A DNA stretch of 64,000 nucleotides from a virus (taxonomy: Duplodnaviria > Caudoviricetes): IMG/VR virus record IMGVR_UViG_3300033074_001483, positions 21,517 to 85,516 of that record. One strand, 5' to 3'. The position numbers and the translations under genes are program-made. The notes beneath the pieces are model-generated. The model was given only the letters and a program-made list of their open reading frames with translations. It did no database searches and was not told the DNA's origin. Of this stretch, positions 31,162 to 40,304 are shown piece by piece. Numbering within the stretch: position 1 is the stretch's first letter; every line of letters begins with the position of its first letter.

Positions 31162-31413
31162 AGTTCTTGGCATAGTCTTATGGAAGTTTAATACCTAGAC
31201 CATTTCGCCGTCATCGCTATCCCTCTTTAGGCTGGGAGACCTGTCATGGTCTTCGGGTGAACTTAACACCTTACTTATTGTCCATGATTTCCCCGTGTGT
31301 CCACACTACGGGAGTTCATTTTTCGGTATTCCTGCTATGTCAAAGAACTATAAATCTTCGAGCATAAATATAGCAGAAGTTTTCCAAGGATGCAAGAAAA
31401 AAGTTTAAGAAAA

Positions 31414-31737
31414 TTACTGTTTGAGTTCCCAGTGTAAAATATCGTGGCAATTACCACATAGAACTTTACACTTGGCAATTTCCAAAAGAATTCTCTCCTT
31501 ACACCAGTTGTGTCGCCTGACAGCTGTGCTGACATCCAAATCTTTTTTGGAAGGATCGAGATGATGAAATTTGATTACTGCGGGATGCTTGAAACCACAT
31601 CCCTCACACTTCAATGTAGATTTGTAATCATCAAACCATTCAATGATTTCACGTTTGCGAGCATCAACACGTTTTCTATGGTGAACTTTATTCTGTTCAT
31701 ACCACGACTTGTTTTGTTGTTTAGTGGCCATAGACAT
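31414..31737 (-). CDS. HNH homing endonuclease
   Basis: CEGCG..FHHLDPS.K..EIAKCKVLCGNCH. Confidence 0.85.
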   Translation of the reverse strand: MSMATKQQNKSWYEQNKVHHRKRVDARKREIIEWFDDYKSTLKCEGCGFKHPAVIKFHHLDPSKKDLDVSTAVRRHNWCKERILLEIAKCKVLCGNCHDILHWELKQ

Positions 31738-31772
31738 AAATATGTCTGAACCACAGAAAGAAGTTCAGAAAA

Positions 31773-31846
31773 TGGCTGGGACGGAAGGAGTTGAACCCTC
31801 ACTGAACGGGTCAGAACCGTGTGTGCTACCATTACACCACGTCCCA
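31773..31846 (-). tRNA. tRNA-Gln(CTG)
   Basis: Loop TT-CTG-AC; U1:A72; CCA. Confidence 0.9.
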
Positions 31847-31903
31847 GTAAAGCGGGGAAACCATATTTCAGATCGCCCCATCGCCTTGCGGCGAGAAGTA
31901 AAT

Positions 31904-31977
31904 TGGTGGAGCCACGGGGAATCGCACCCCGATCTCAAGTATGCCATACTCGTGTCCTACTGTTGAACGATGGCCCC
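31904..31977 (-). tRNA. tRNA-Ala(GGC)
   Basis: Loop AT-GGC-AT; G3:U70; CCA. Confidence 0.9.
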
Positions 31978-32231
31978 GACACCAAGGGGAAGTGCCCCTC
32001 GGGTGGATTCGCTACACCATAAGGTGCAGGAGTTCCGACGTTTTTTACAAGATTGTCTCAAACTTGTTCTCGGCAGAGGTCGCTAACTACAAAACTATGA
32101 CCGCCTTGCCTTCTTGGAATTCTCCTAGAGCAGTGGACGGAATGACATTTTGTAATTCCCTCAGTCACCGAAAAGTAGCACGGCGTCTGGTGCGATTGTT
32201 GATGAAACATTTCGTACGCCGTTTGTTAAAT

Positions 32232-32306
32232 TGGTGGAGCTACGGGGAGTCGAACCCCGATCTGCGGCTTGCAAAGCCACCGTATTACCGTTATACAGAT
32301 AGCCCC
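32232..32306 (-). tRNA. tRNA-Ala(TGC)
   Basis: Loop TT-TGC-AA; G3:U70; CCA. Confidence 0.95.
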
Positions 32307-32310
32307 ATAC

Positions 32311-32396
32311 TAGATGCCAGTTTTATACTCACTACGAGTCCCTTTCGGAGTTATGGTGAGCCCGGAGGCTCAATTATTGGTTGCAGTGTGCATCTA
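32311..32396 (-). ncRNA. RCAGCWA-helix family RNA (variant ACTGCAA)
   Basis: TAGATGC/GCATCTA closing helix, ACTGCAA, GAAA hairpin, A-rich linker. Confidence 0.6.
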
Positions 32397-32518
32397 TTTC
32401 TAAACACTTAATGTCCGTTTGGGTGTCACCCCACGCTCTTAGCCCGACAATTAGGCGGCTCGGTAGTCCGAAAGTTATGTTGACAACATAACACACTCTT
32501 TAGCACAAGTGAATTGGA

Positions 32519-32629
32519 AATTGTTCTTGGGTTACAGGACTTATTGGCCAATGCCTACTCGCTCTCCATCATTCTAACCGGAGATCATCCCGGCAGAGTA
32601 TCAGCATCACGAGCTTGCTGAGAACAATT
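32519..32629 (-). ncRNA. Possible RCAGCWA-helix family RNA (divergent)
   Basis: 9-bp AATTGTTCT/AGAACAATT closing helix followed by CAGCAA. Confidence 0.45.
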
Positions 32630-32633
32630 AAAT

Positions 32634-32723
32634 TGGTAGCGGAAGTAGGAGTTACACCTACCATAGTTAGCAGTGCTAACGCACGTTATGAGCGTGCTTG
32701 GCGTCTTCCGGCCTGTCCCCGCA
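32634..32723 (-). tRNA. tRNA(CAT) with long variable arm
   Basis: GCACG-CTCATAA-CGTGC; variable hairpin GTTAGC/GCTAAC; T-loop TGTAACT; 1:72 mismatch; CCA. Confidence 0.8.
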
Positions 32724-33170
32724 ATAAATCTCAAAGAACTTTTGTCTGTACGACTGGCATTGAATACCTGTCCGTATCCGATGGCATTTTGCACATCTCA
32801 CCGAACACTTTTCAATCTCCAATCTAATCTTATCCCACGAAAATCCTCTCACAAGCATTGCATACACGGCGTCTTCTTTTTGTGAAGGGTCTTCGTGATC
32901 AAAGTCTAATACTCGTATGTCTGTTTCCCCACAATCTACGCACGGATGTATCATCAAATACTCACACACTTTTTGCTGTGAGTCTGCCAGTCTGCGTTTC
33001 GTTCCTTTGTTTGAACGAGTGATATACTCCCGTCTATTCTGTTTGTAATGCTGTTTTACGTACTTCCCATGACACTCTTTACATTCAGAACAACGAAGAT
33101 TTTTCGCTTTATTTCGGAATGAGAAACACTCATCCTCTTTTGGCTTTTTACAAGTACAACATTCTCTCAT
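32676..33170 (-). CDS. HNH homing endonuclease
   Basis: PCVDCGE.DIRVLDFDH..EIEKC.VRCAKCH; 3' end runs into tRNA(CAT). Confidence 0.88.
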   Translation of the reverse strand: MRECCTCKKPKEDECFSFRNKAKNLRCSECKECHGKYVKQHYKQNRREYITRSNKGTKRRLADSQQKVCEYLMIHPCVDCGETDIRVLDFDHEDPSQKEDAVYAMLVRGFSWDKIRLEIEKCSVRCAKCHRIRTGIQCQSYRQKFFEIYCGDRPEDAKHAHNVR

Positions 33171-33223
33171 ACTCATAAATATCATCGTGGAGTCAAAAAC
33201 ATCAAAGTATTTTGACTACAAAG

Positions 33224-33295
33224 TGGTTGCGGTCGCTGGAATCGAACCAGTCCCTCACCTTATGAGAGTGAGATGCACCATTACAACTCCCCGCA
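33224..33295 (-). tRNA. tRNA(CAT) (Met or Ile2)
   Basis: TCACT-CTCATAA-GGTGA; two acceptor mismatches; CCA. Confidence 0.75.
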
Positions 33296-33322
33296 ATTCA
33301 AAGAACAATCTTACGTTCTGCC

Positions 33323-33354
33323 TATAAATATAGCAGGACTTTTGAAAATGTCAA
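33323..33354 (-). promoter_or_regulatory. Sigma70-like promoter overlapping a TATTTATA motif, followed by boxA-like GTTCTTTGA
   Basis: TTGACA-16-TATATT. Confidence 0.55.
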
Positions 33355-33365
33355 GCCTCCACGAA

Positions 33366-33581
33366 TTATTTTATTCGGTCCTGAATATCCTTGGAAGTCA
33401 AAGATTTCAATGCTTCCCGGTCCTCTTTTTTGAGGCGATTTACCAAATACCCCGGCTTTTTCGGACCAGTACCCAATGCGGCATGAAGAAGCAAACTATC
33501 AAAAACTTCTTGTGCTCGGCGTCGTTGTCGTCTAGTCAGTGATGACATATTTTCGGTATTCCTCGGGAGAAATTTTTTCAA
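33366..33581 (-). CDS. Small hypothetical protein
   Basis: 71 aa ORF downstream of coaD. Confidence 0.4.
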   Translation of the reverse strand: MKKFLPRNTENMSSLTRRQRRRAQEVFDSLLLHAALGTGPKKPGYLVNRLKKEDREALKSLTSKDIQDRIK

Positions 33582-33987
33582 TTGCTCTCAATGCGCTGGA
33601 ACTGATATGTCTCAAATTTGGATTGCAATAAAATGCAACAATCTTGACATAGGGTTCCATACTTCTCAGAAATGCAACGAAATTTTGTTCGTATTCCAAA
33701 TCTGCACCGCTGCGGAGTCCACGAACAAGTGTTACATCGTAATCCAAATTCCTTTCAAGACCCCGAATGTAATCGGAAAGTAATCCCCCGAATTCATCAC
33801 TATCCACATCCATATCTTTCAAGAAATTAACAGGAAGAGGGTGAGTAGAAAGTGGTTTTTCTGGATTAACACCACGAGCAACAATCACTTTGTCAAAAAC
33901 TTTAGTTGCCTGTTTGACAACATCTAAATGCCCAACGTGAAAGGGGTTGAACGAACCGGCGTAAACTCCAACTTTTAGTTTGCTCAT
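33532..33987 (-). CDS. coaD: Phosphopantetheine adenylyltransferase
   Basis: YAGSFNPFHVGH, RGLR..ADLEYE, ISSSALR motifs. Confidence 0.9.
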   Translation of the reverse strand: MSKLKVGVYAGSFNPFHVGHLDVVKQATKVFDKVIVARGVNPEKPLSTHPLPVNFLKDMDVDSDEFGGLLSDYIRGLERNLDYDVTLVRGLRSGADLEYEQNFVAFLRSMEPYVKIVAFYCNPNLRHISSSALRAIEKISPEEYRKYVITD

Positions 33988-34583
33988 ACTTTTACGATTA
34001 GTGCTTTATAACTCGGCAAACCCTTGACTCCCATCAATGGTACAATCTTCTCGGGTTTATCTTTGAAAAATTCATCTGTGGCAACTTTTGGTCCGGGCCA
34101 CAAATCCGTTCCGTAATCATCTATCAATACCACTGCACCTTTTTCCAGATGATTGTATATCAATCTTAATGCCGACTCAGTACTTGTTTTCAAATCACCA
34201 TCAAGATGTGCGAATGAAATCTTTAACGGAATGTCGGATTCGGTCAACTGTTCAAACCATCCTTTATGGATAATTGGGATAGGAACATTATACGATCTGA
34301 ATGTCAATAGAAAAGACTCTACCGAACTTGACATTTCTCCACCATGACCTTCAGCCCTTGGCAATCCCATAAAGCTATCATAAACATGAACGGGACGATT
34401 TGTGAGAGCATTTATCATTCTGGCAGTGTAACCCTCATGACATCCAAACTCAACTACATCACCTTCCAAATGCTCGGTTTCCATGACATAATGGCAAATG
34501 TGTACTATCCGTGAAAAGTCCTGCATTCCAATACAGGACTTCAACATTGTGGCAAGTTTTTGTGATAATGTTTCATCAAACAT
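33984..34583 (-). CDS. TylF/MycF-family O-methyltransferase
   Basis: GDVVEFG..G, YDSFMGLP, FAHLDGD, IDDY motifs. Confidence 0.88.
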   Translation of the reverse strand: MFDETLSQKLATMLKSCIGMQDFSRIVHICHYVMETEHLEGDVVEFGCHEGYTARMINALTNRPVHVYDSFMGLPRAEGHGGEMSSSVESFLLTFRSYNVPIPIIHKGWFEQLTESDIPLKISFAHLDGDLKTSTESALRLIYNHLEKGAVVLIDDYGTDLWPGPKVATDEFFKDKPEKIVPLMGVKGLPSYKALIVKV

Positions 34584-34584
34584 A

Positions 34585-34971
34585 TTACCACCATAGATGT
34601 CGGAACCACTCGGCAAATAATTCTATTCCCGCTTCATAGCGTTTCCAGTTTTTGTCTTGTTCTTCGGCAGTAAGTTTTGAATACTTTTCGTTTTCATGAT
34701 TAAGAGACCAATCAAATGCAAAAATCATTTCGTCCAAGTAATCATCCCATTGTTTAGAAGTCAACTGGCCGGGGAATCCCATATTGACTTCTTTGAAGCG
34801 AATAAGTCGTGGAAGAATAAACTCCGCAATCACCGAATCCAGACCCCAAGTTTCAGCATCCGAAAACCCTTGGGTTTTCAATTGTCTAAAATGCTTTTTG
34901 TATCGTTTGTCGGTTTTCTCAAGGTATAATGGTTCTTTGAGAGACCAACGACTTGTTAGTTTTTTGCTCAT
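34585..34971 (-). CDS. Hypothetical protein
   Basis: 128 aa, translationally coupled in the operon. Confidence 0.55.
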   Translation of the reverse strand: MSKKLTSRWSLKEPLYLEKTDKRYKKHFRQLKTQGFSDAETWGLDSVIAEFILPRLIRFKEVNMGFPGQLTSKQWDDYLDEMIFAFDWSLNHENEKYSKLTAEEQDKNWKRYEAGIELFAEWFRHLWW

Positions 34972-35423
34972 AGTGATGCATATAGACGACGAAATGCTGC
35001 TTCTTCATCCCACGTTCCTCCTGTCAGAACCTCGATACATCTTCCATGTGGGAGTTCAAAATCTGGAACATGATACTTTTCTCTTCCTCGGATTTCTCCT
35101 GTGAAAACATGAATTTCAACAACATCATTTCGTGAACCTTTGAATTCTTCTCGAACATCACGATACGGATTAACTGTTGACACAATGACATCAATTCCTT
35201 GATCTGCTATATGTGCTACAAACCGTTGGAGAGCACGAGTCTGTTCAATACGATATTCTTTGGTGAAATTTTCAGGTTTGTCGTAAGGAACAGCAAAGAT
35301 TTTTCGGAGGTTATCACCATCAAGATGGAGAACTGCTGAACCTTTGGCACGCAATTCAGAAGCGAGTCGTTTTGCCAATGTAGTCTTGCCACAACCGGGT
35401 TGTCCTATAAACCAGTAAATCAT
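34968..35423 (-). CDS. Adenylylsulfate kinase (CysC)-like P-loop kinase
   Basis: WFIGQPGCGKTT, LDGDNLR, VIVSTVNPY..R motifs. Confidence 0.8.
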   Translation of the reverse strand: MIYWFIGQPGCGKTTLAKRLASELRAKGSAVLHLDGDNLRKIFAVPYDKPENFTKEYRIEQTRALQRFVAHIADQGIDVIVSTVNPYRDVREEFKGSRNDVVEIHVFTGEIRGREKYHVPDFELPHGRCIEVLTGGTWDEEAAFRRLYASL

Positions 35424-35465
35424 GCCGTTATTATAGCATGGATACTATTGAAGTCAAGTGGAAAG

Positions 35466-35539
35466 TGGTGGAGCTAAAGGGAATTGAACCCTTATCTTCG
35501 CAGTGCGAGTGCGATGTCCTGCCGTTGAACGACAGCCCC
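35466..35539 (-). tRNA. tRNA-Ala(CGC)
   Basis: TCGCA-CTCGCAC-TGCGA; G3:U70; CCA. Confidence 0.92.
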
Positions 35540-35544
35540 ATTCG

Positions 35545-36225
35545 GGCAACTTGTCAGTCACCCACGATGTTACTCGTTATCCAAACCTATTTCTACGAGC
35601 TGCACGTAGATGCCAGTCTTGACCCTACCTCGGAACCTCGGTCAATCCTATAGCACGTTACTACAACAAAAGCCGCCGTTCCGCAGCGACGTGTCAGTTT
35701 AGAAATTCGGTGCTCATGGTCTGCTTATAGTACTCTGGAGGTCTCGCAGAAGCCCTGACCCAGACACGAGCAAAATATCGTTTGCAGATCGTATCGTCGA
35801 ACGATACGCTGTGCAAACGGAAAAATGGTGAGATGGGCAGTGCAAACTGCTTTCTACAGGGGGGACGGCACCACGTCTGTCCCTTATGGAGTACTCCTTT
35901 CGGGACGCCCATCTCATTCTGTTTTTGTCGCAGCCGTAGCCGCAATTCTGTTCTATCTCTACATTTTTCTCAAGGTCAACCATACGGTTGCCAAGTCCCT
36001 CACGGGATGCCTCAACCCGGGCTTTACAATGGGAAGCACTACCCTTTGCCCTGTTTGAGTTGCTGTTACTTTGTGGTGTTAACGAATGGTTTGCCCACGG
36101 TCAAGAGGGCGTCGGTAAAGACCCATTCTCCCAAACAGCTGCTTTACAGTTGCGAACTTCCTCTGGTTGCTCCTGTTCAGGCGGAACCAGCGTAGAGTCG
36201 CTTACGACAAAATTCTCAAAGAACT
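35545..36225 (-). ncRNA. Large structured ncRNA candidate (GOLLD/ROOL size class)
   Basis: ~680 nt without a credible ORF, many long hairpins, own promoter and boxA-like motif, adjacent to a tRNA. Confidence 0.6.
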
Positions 36226-36231
36226 GGTGGT

Positions 36232-36259
36232 ACGATACCACACTTCGTCAAAATGTCAA
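36232..36259 (-). promoter_or_regulatory. Sigma70-like promoter for the large RNA
   Basis: TTGACA-16-TATCGT with extended -10 TG; GTTCTTTGA at 36216-36224. Confidence 0.6.
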
Positions 36260-36264
36260 CCTTT

Positions 36265-36576
36265 TTATGGGATGACTGCACCTTGCCCCGGTGCTGGAGG
36301 GGGAGTAACCACTGGTGGAGTTACAACTGGAGGCGTAACCACTGGTGGTTGAGTATTGACTCCTGTTTTATTCTCCAAAAATCGTCTTGCTGTATAAGTT
36401 CCACAGAGGACCAGAGTTACATAAACATATGGTTCTGGTACATCGGCAAGTTTGTCCGTTTTGAAAGTGACGTATCCGATAAGTGTCATAAAGAACACCA
36501 TCCATATGAGAAACATCAGTCCTGTGCGGGACATTCTTCCTCGGTGGTCCAAGAGTAGTTCGATTGGTTTTGCCAT
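36265..36576 (-). CDS. Small membrane protein (holin-like topology) with PPVVT repeats
   Basis: Two TM helices; (PPVVT)3 tail. Confidence 0.55.
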   Translation of the reverse strand: MAKPIELLLDHRGRMSRTGLMFLIWMVFFMTLIGYVTFKTDKLADVPEPYVYVTLVLCGTYTARRFLENKTGVNTQPPVVTPPVVTPPVVTPPPAPGQGAVIP

Positions 36577-36689
36577 ATGTGATAAAAGTTGGTGCTGCCT
36601 ATCAGATTCGAACTGATACATTCTACCTTCTCAGGGTAGCGACTCCTTCCAGTTGGTCTAAGGCAGCGTTTGACTATCTATAAATAGTT

Positions 36690-37046
36690 TTAGAACCCCT
36701 GTTCCGACTCACGAAATTTCTTGATGTCTTCTAGCAATCCTTCTCGGTCATCACGGTATTTCTGAATCATGTAGGCAAATCCCTCACGGTCTTCTTCCTC
36801 CACCATTTCTGTAACGAATCTGGCAATGTCTTCGTCGGAGGGTTGCCAGTCAAACTCTTCACAAACAGCGGCGATTTTGGTTCCCATCGGGGTCATGTTG
36901 AATGCACATTCTACAAGACCAAGCTTTTGAATTTGGTCAAGGTAATGGATAATCATCATTACCGAAATGGTTTGGGTTGGTTCTTCAAACACACCCTCTA
37001 ACTTGAGGCGTTCGAGAATTGCCTTTACTGTTTCGTCAATTGTCAT
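36690..37046 (-). CDS. Hypothetical acidic protein
   Basis: 118 aa ORF with own promoter. Confidence 0.55.
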   Translation of the reverse strand: MTIDETVKAILERLKLEGVFEEPTQTISVMMIIHYLDQIQKLGLVECAFNMTPMGTKIAAVCEEFDWQPSDEDIARFVTEMVEEEDREGFAYMIQKYRDDREGLLEDIKKFRESEQGF

Positions 37047-37100
37047 AGGAAATTTTACCTTTCGGGAAGACTATAACATACATCTTCCCGAAAGTCAAGG

Positions 37101-37472
37101 TTAAAACCAGAGCCAATCGGCGTCCTTCTTGAAGGTGGGCATTACAGCATCGTAGTCGCCTTGGCGGATTTTCGCCAAGACACGACGCTCTTGTGCCTTG
37201 CGTTGTTTCCACAGAGTTTTACGGAAGTGTTTGGGAGCGTGATTCCAGTGTTTGTGAGTCCCATTTTCGATGGCACGGGCTTGACGCTCAATGCTTTCGA
37301 AATGACTTTTGATTTGTTCCAAAGTATCCCACAATCGCACCCAGTAGTCACGGGGAGCAACGTCAATGCGATACGGACAGAGAGTCTCGTAGGGATGATT
37401 TTGGTTACGGATACGATTCCAGTGTTTGACACGGAAGCGTCGGTTGCGAATGTACTTGTTTTCAGTTCTCAT
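37101..37472 (-). CDS. Hypothetical basic protein
   Basis: 123 aa ORF. Confidence 0.5.
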   Translation of the reverse strand: MRTENKYIRNRRFRVKHWNRIRNQNHPYETLCPYRIDVAPRDYWVRLWDTLEQIKSHFESIERQARAIENGTHKHWNHAPKHFRKTLWKQRKAQERRVLAKIRQGDYDAVMPTFKKDADWLWF

Positions 37473-37551
37473 TGGTTATGCGAACCTACACCTTTATGAT
37501 GTAAGTCACATACCAAAGAACATGAGTTGAGTTGTCATATACATAAGAAAT

Positions 37552-37629
37552 TGGTCGGAGTGATAGGATTTGAACCTACGACCTTCTGCTCCCAAAGCAG
37601 ACGCACTAGCCAAGCTGTGCTACACTCCG
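37552..37629 (-). tRNA. tRNA-Pro(TGG)
   Basis: TCTGC-TTTGGGA-GCAGA; CCA. Confidence 0.95.
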
Positions 37630-37642
37630 TTGTCTATAAATA

Positions 37643-37990
37643 TCAGTACGGTCTTGGTTTAGTTTTACCATCAACAATTGTTAAAGTTCCTTTTATTTTT
37701 GGCAATTCTTCAACTAATCCACCTACCGAGACGAGCGATTCGTTTTCGATTTTCGCTTTCTCTTGCAAATTCTTCTCGTCACGAGCAATGGTTTCGTCGG
37801 CGAGTTTCTTGTATTCGTCGGGGAGAGACTCTCCAACAGCTTTAAGAACGTCTCTAGCGAACTCTGCGTCCTTCTGGAGCCTTTCTTTAACAAACTCTTG
37901 GGCGAGTTCGACCTTTTTGCGTTGCACTTCTTGTGCGATCCAAACGTTCTTGGCATTCAGTTTTCTCTTTGCTGATCTTAATCCACCCAT
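37643..37990 (-). CDS. Hypothetical coiled-coil protein
   Basis: Start moved to MGGLRS to avoid overlap with the upstream gene. Confidence 0.45.
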   Translation of the reverse strand: MGGLRSAKRKLNAKNVWIAQEVQRKKVELAQEFVKERLQKDAEFARDVLKAVGESLPDEYKKLADETIARDEKNLQEKAKIENESLVSVGGLVEELPKIKGTLTIVDGKTKPRPY

Positions 37991-38006
37991 AACTAATTCT
38001 TTCTCA

Positions 38007-38339
38007 TTACTTGTTTTTATTTTGCCCCTGTCCTTGCCCTTGCCCCTGACTTCCCGAGTTTTGGTTTCCACCACCCTGATTGCCGCCTTGATTCCCCTGA
38101 TTTTCTTTGTCTTTCTTTTCCTTAATCTTTTTTCCATAGAAAAGACGACGAATCTTTTTCCATTCTTTTTCGTCATCGGTCAACGGCTTCCCGTGCTTGA
38201 CATCTGCTTCGATAAAAGAAGCAAGACTAGAAGATTCTGTAGTCATTACTTCTTCAGGGTCCAATGGACCAATGAAAGTAATATCGAGAAATGCGTACTG
38301 CCTTGTCTCAATGAATTCTTGTGCTTGATCTTCTGTCAT
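38007..38339 (-). CDS. Hypothetical protein with Q/G/N low-complexity tail
   Basis: Start moved to MTEDQ. Confidence 0.5.
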   Translation of the reverse strand: MTEDQAQEFIETRQYAFLDITFIGPLDPEEVMTTESSSLASFIEADVKHGKPLTDDEKEWKKIRRLFYGKKIKEKKDKENQGNQGGNQGGGNQNSGSQGQGQGQGQNKNK

Positions 38340-38343
38340 AAAT

Positions 38344-38417
38344 TGGTGGGCCATGATGGTTACGCTCCATCGTCTCATCAGTGTCAGTGATGAATTCTAC
38401 TATTAAACTAACAGCCC
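38344..38417 (-). tRNA. tRNA-Val(GAC)
   Basis: CATCA-CTGACAC-TGATG; T-loop AGCGTAA; CCA. Confidence 0.9.
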
Positions 38418-38489
38418 GTATTCCGTGATTAAAGCGGGTTCACGGAAAAAGAAACCATATCGCACGCCATAAGGCTGCGAGGAGCGACA

Positions 38490-38861
38490 TTAAGGAATGT
38501 CTCCGACCTTTAGCCACGTTGGGATAAACCCAATGTCATCAAGGACTCTTTTCTTGGTCTGGTTTATCACCGACTTGTAAACCCAATCGGGATACCCTTG
38601 ACAATACTCACGAATCTCTTGAGGAAAGAACAAAGGACACTGCAATTGCCGATCCCACATTCCTTCTGACCAAAGTTTGATTTGAAGATTGACCGACTCT
38701 TTCCCTTCTTGGGCACGCTTCACTAAGTCCCATTCCCGTGTCGGCACCATCAATCCATTTTCCAAACAGAGAAAGCTATACATTCCACTTTCACCATTTG
38801 GTTCATTCGGAGGTAAAAATCCCGGATGACATTCAAAGAGCTTTGGGAAATTGATGTACAA
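38490..38861 (-). CDS. Hypothetical protein
   Basis: 123 aa ORF. Confidence 0.5.
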   Translation of the reverse strand: MYINFPKLFECHPGFLPPNEPNGESGMYSFLCLENGLMVPTREWDLVKRAQEGKESVNLQIKLWSEGMWDRQLQCPLFFPQEIREYCQGYPDWVYKSVINQTKKRVLDDIGFIPTWLKVGDIP

Positions 38862-38973
38862 CTCCCAATTTTCAACAAATTCTTTTCTCTTAACCGCCCG
38901 ATACTTCGGGAGATTAACAGGCTTTAGATTCCCTTGTCCTTCATTGCGTTTGGCATTGTCATAGCATCCTCCG

Positions 38974-39159
38974 TCATTTGTTTTGTTGATGTCGCAGTAT
39001 GCGAAACACCGTACTAAGAATAATTACTATCGGCCACACCAAAACATTCAGTAACCAGAACGATATTCTCTCTTGCCAATTACCAAGGGGTGCCATTTCC
39101 ATGTACAGCAAAAAACCCCATACTAACCCGACCAGTAAATAAAGGACGATGTATAGCAT
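38974..39159 (-). CDS. Small membrane protein
   Basis: Two hydrophobic helices. Confidence 0.5.
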   Translation of the reverse strand: MLYIVLYLLVGLVWGFLLYMEMAPLGNWQERISFWLLNVLVWPIVIILSTVFRILRHQQNK

Positions 39160-39173
39160 GGGAGAACTCTACA

Positions 39174-39338
39174 CTATTTTGAAGTATCTGTCAAGTGCCA
39201 TTTCTTGCACGCCTTACATCGGTAAGGGCGAAGACAAGCCCCGAAACCGCCAAGCGACTCTTGAAGGATGCGATGAATCTCCCGCATTACTTCTTCTTTG
39301 GAAGCGTACTCACGCTTTCCTTGGCAGTGGAACTTCAT
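39174..39338 (-). CDS. Small zinc-ribbon protein
   Basis: Hand translation MKFHCQGKREY..RPYRCKACKKWHLT. Confidence 0.55.
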   Translation of the reverse strand: MKFHCQGKREYASKEEVMREIHRILQESLGGFGACLRPYRCKACKKWHLTDTSK

Positions 39339-39343
39339 GAATG

Positions 39344-39417
39344 TGGTAGGCGATATTGGAGTTGAACCAATGCCTGTTCTGTGTGAGAGAACTATTCTAC
39401 CGTTATAATAATCGCCT
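39344..39417 (-). tRNA. tRNA-Val(CAC)
   Basis: GTTCT-CTCACAC-AGAAC; CCA. Confidence 0.92.
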
Positions 39418-39421
39418 ATTG

Positions 39422-39718
39422 TTAGATTTTGACAAACTTACCGATGTTTCTTTCAATTGACTTCTTGGATTTGGGATCAAATCCCATTTCCCAACAATTG
39501 TCTTCGGCATCGGAATGACACCATAGAGATGGACTTCCCATTTCACCACCCGTATCAAAAATGACAACTTTCACTTTACTGCCATCCTTGAGTTCCATCT
39601 CGTCTTTACATTCTCCCCAACAAATCATAAAGACATCAGCAAGTTTATGAATCTTGCGCTTCTTTACGAACTTCAATCCGAGGGACTTCCAGTTTGTAAC
39701 TAATTCTTGGTTTGTCAT
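39422..39718 (-). CDS. Hypothetical protein
   Basis: Start moved to MTNQ. Confidence 0.45.
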   Translation of the reverse strand: MTNQELVTNWKSLGLKFVKKRKIHKLADVFMICWGECKDEMELKDGSKVKVVIFDTGGEMGSPSLWCHSDAEDNCWEMGFDPKSKKSIERNIGKFVKI

Positions 39719-39722
39719 AAAT

Positions 39723-39813
39723 TGGCGGTAGGCTGAGGTCACGCTCCCCACACCCGTCTAAGGGGTGCAATCACGTTAGCACCGTGTTCTGGGCCTCGCC
39801 CAGTTAACCTACC
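39723..39813 (-). tRNA. tRNA-Ser(GCT)
   Basis: Loop GT-GCT-AA; long variable arm; T-loop AGCGTGA; CCA. Confidence 0.85.
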
Positions 39814-40178
39814 AAAAACTGCGGTATTGTCGAAACACTTATTTGATTTCTTCCATCGAGAATGTTTGATGGAATGAGATACTTTTTCTCATCCCCATCT
39901 ACAATGAATACCAAATCACAATCTTCTTTGGATAAATGTTTGATGTCCAACTTTTTTCCTCGTGTGTTACTTACGGTTCTCAACTCAACATTATAAGTGT
40001 TGTGTTTGTTTTTCTTAAAGCACGTTTTTACTTGAACTCTAAGACACTTACCGTCCTTTTCCACAATCAAATCATAAGGTTGACTATCAGATAGTGGAAC
40101 TGCAACTGTATATTCCATTTTGAGGAAATACGCAATCGCATATCCAGTTCCAACATCACCTTGTTTTCGACTATTCAC
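39804..40178 (-). CDS. PD-(D/E)XK homing endonuclease, I-Ssp6803I-like
   Basis: QGDVG..PLSDSQPYDLIV..RVQVKT motif; stop codon inside tRNA-Ser(GCT). Confidence 0.85.
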   Translation of the reverse strand: MNSRKQGDVGTGYAIAYFLKMEYTVAVPLSDSQPYDLIVEKDGKCLRVQVKTCFKKNKHNTYNVELRTVSNTRGKKLDIKHLSKEDCDLVFIVDGDEKKYLIPSNILDGRNQISVSTIPQFLVG

Positions 40179-40304
40179 TTAAATCGGTCCAGTATTTTCA
40201 TATTGAAAACCTGTGTAAAAAGTCACGGATCAAGTTCGCCACAATTTCCTGCCTGTGGACTTAACCACTCAGCTCATGGTCGGTGTTGACCGAGTACCTC
40301 AGAT

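Noticed and set aside
37527-38390. 287-aa plus-strand ORF and apparent same-strand overlap of 37643-38176 with 38007-38378
   Set aside because: The plus ORF spans tRNAs antisense; the overlap disappears with downstream ATG starts.
39804-40260. Group I intron around the I-Ssp6803I-like endonuclease
   Set aside because: The adjacent tRNA-Ser is uninterrupted and no P/Q/R/S core is recognisable, so the gene is free-standing.
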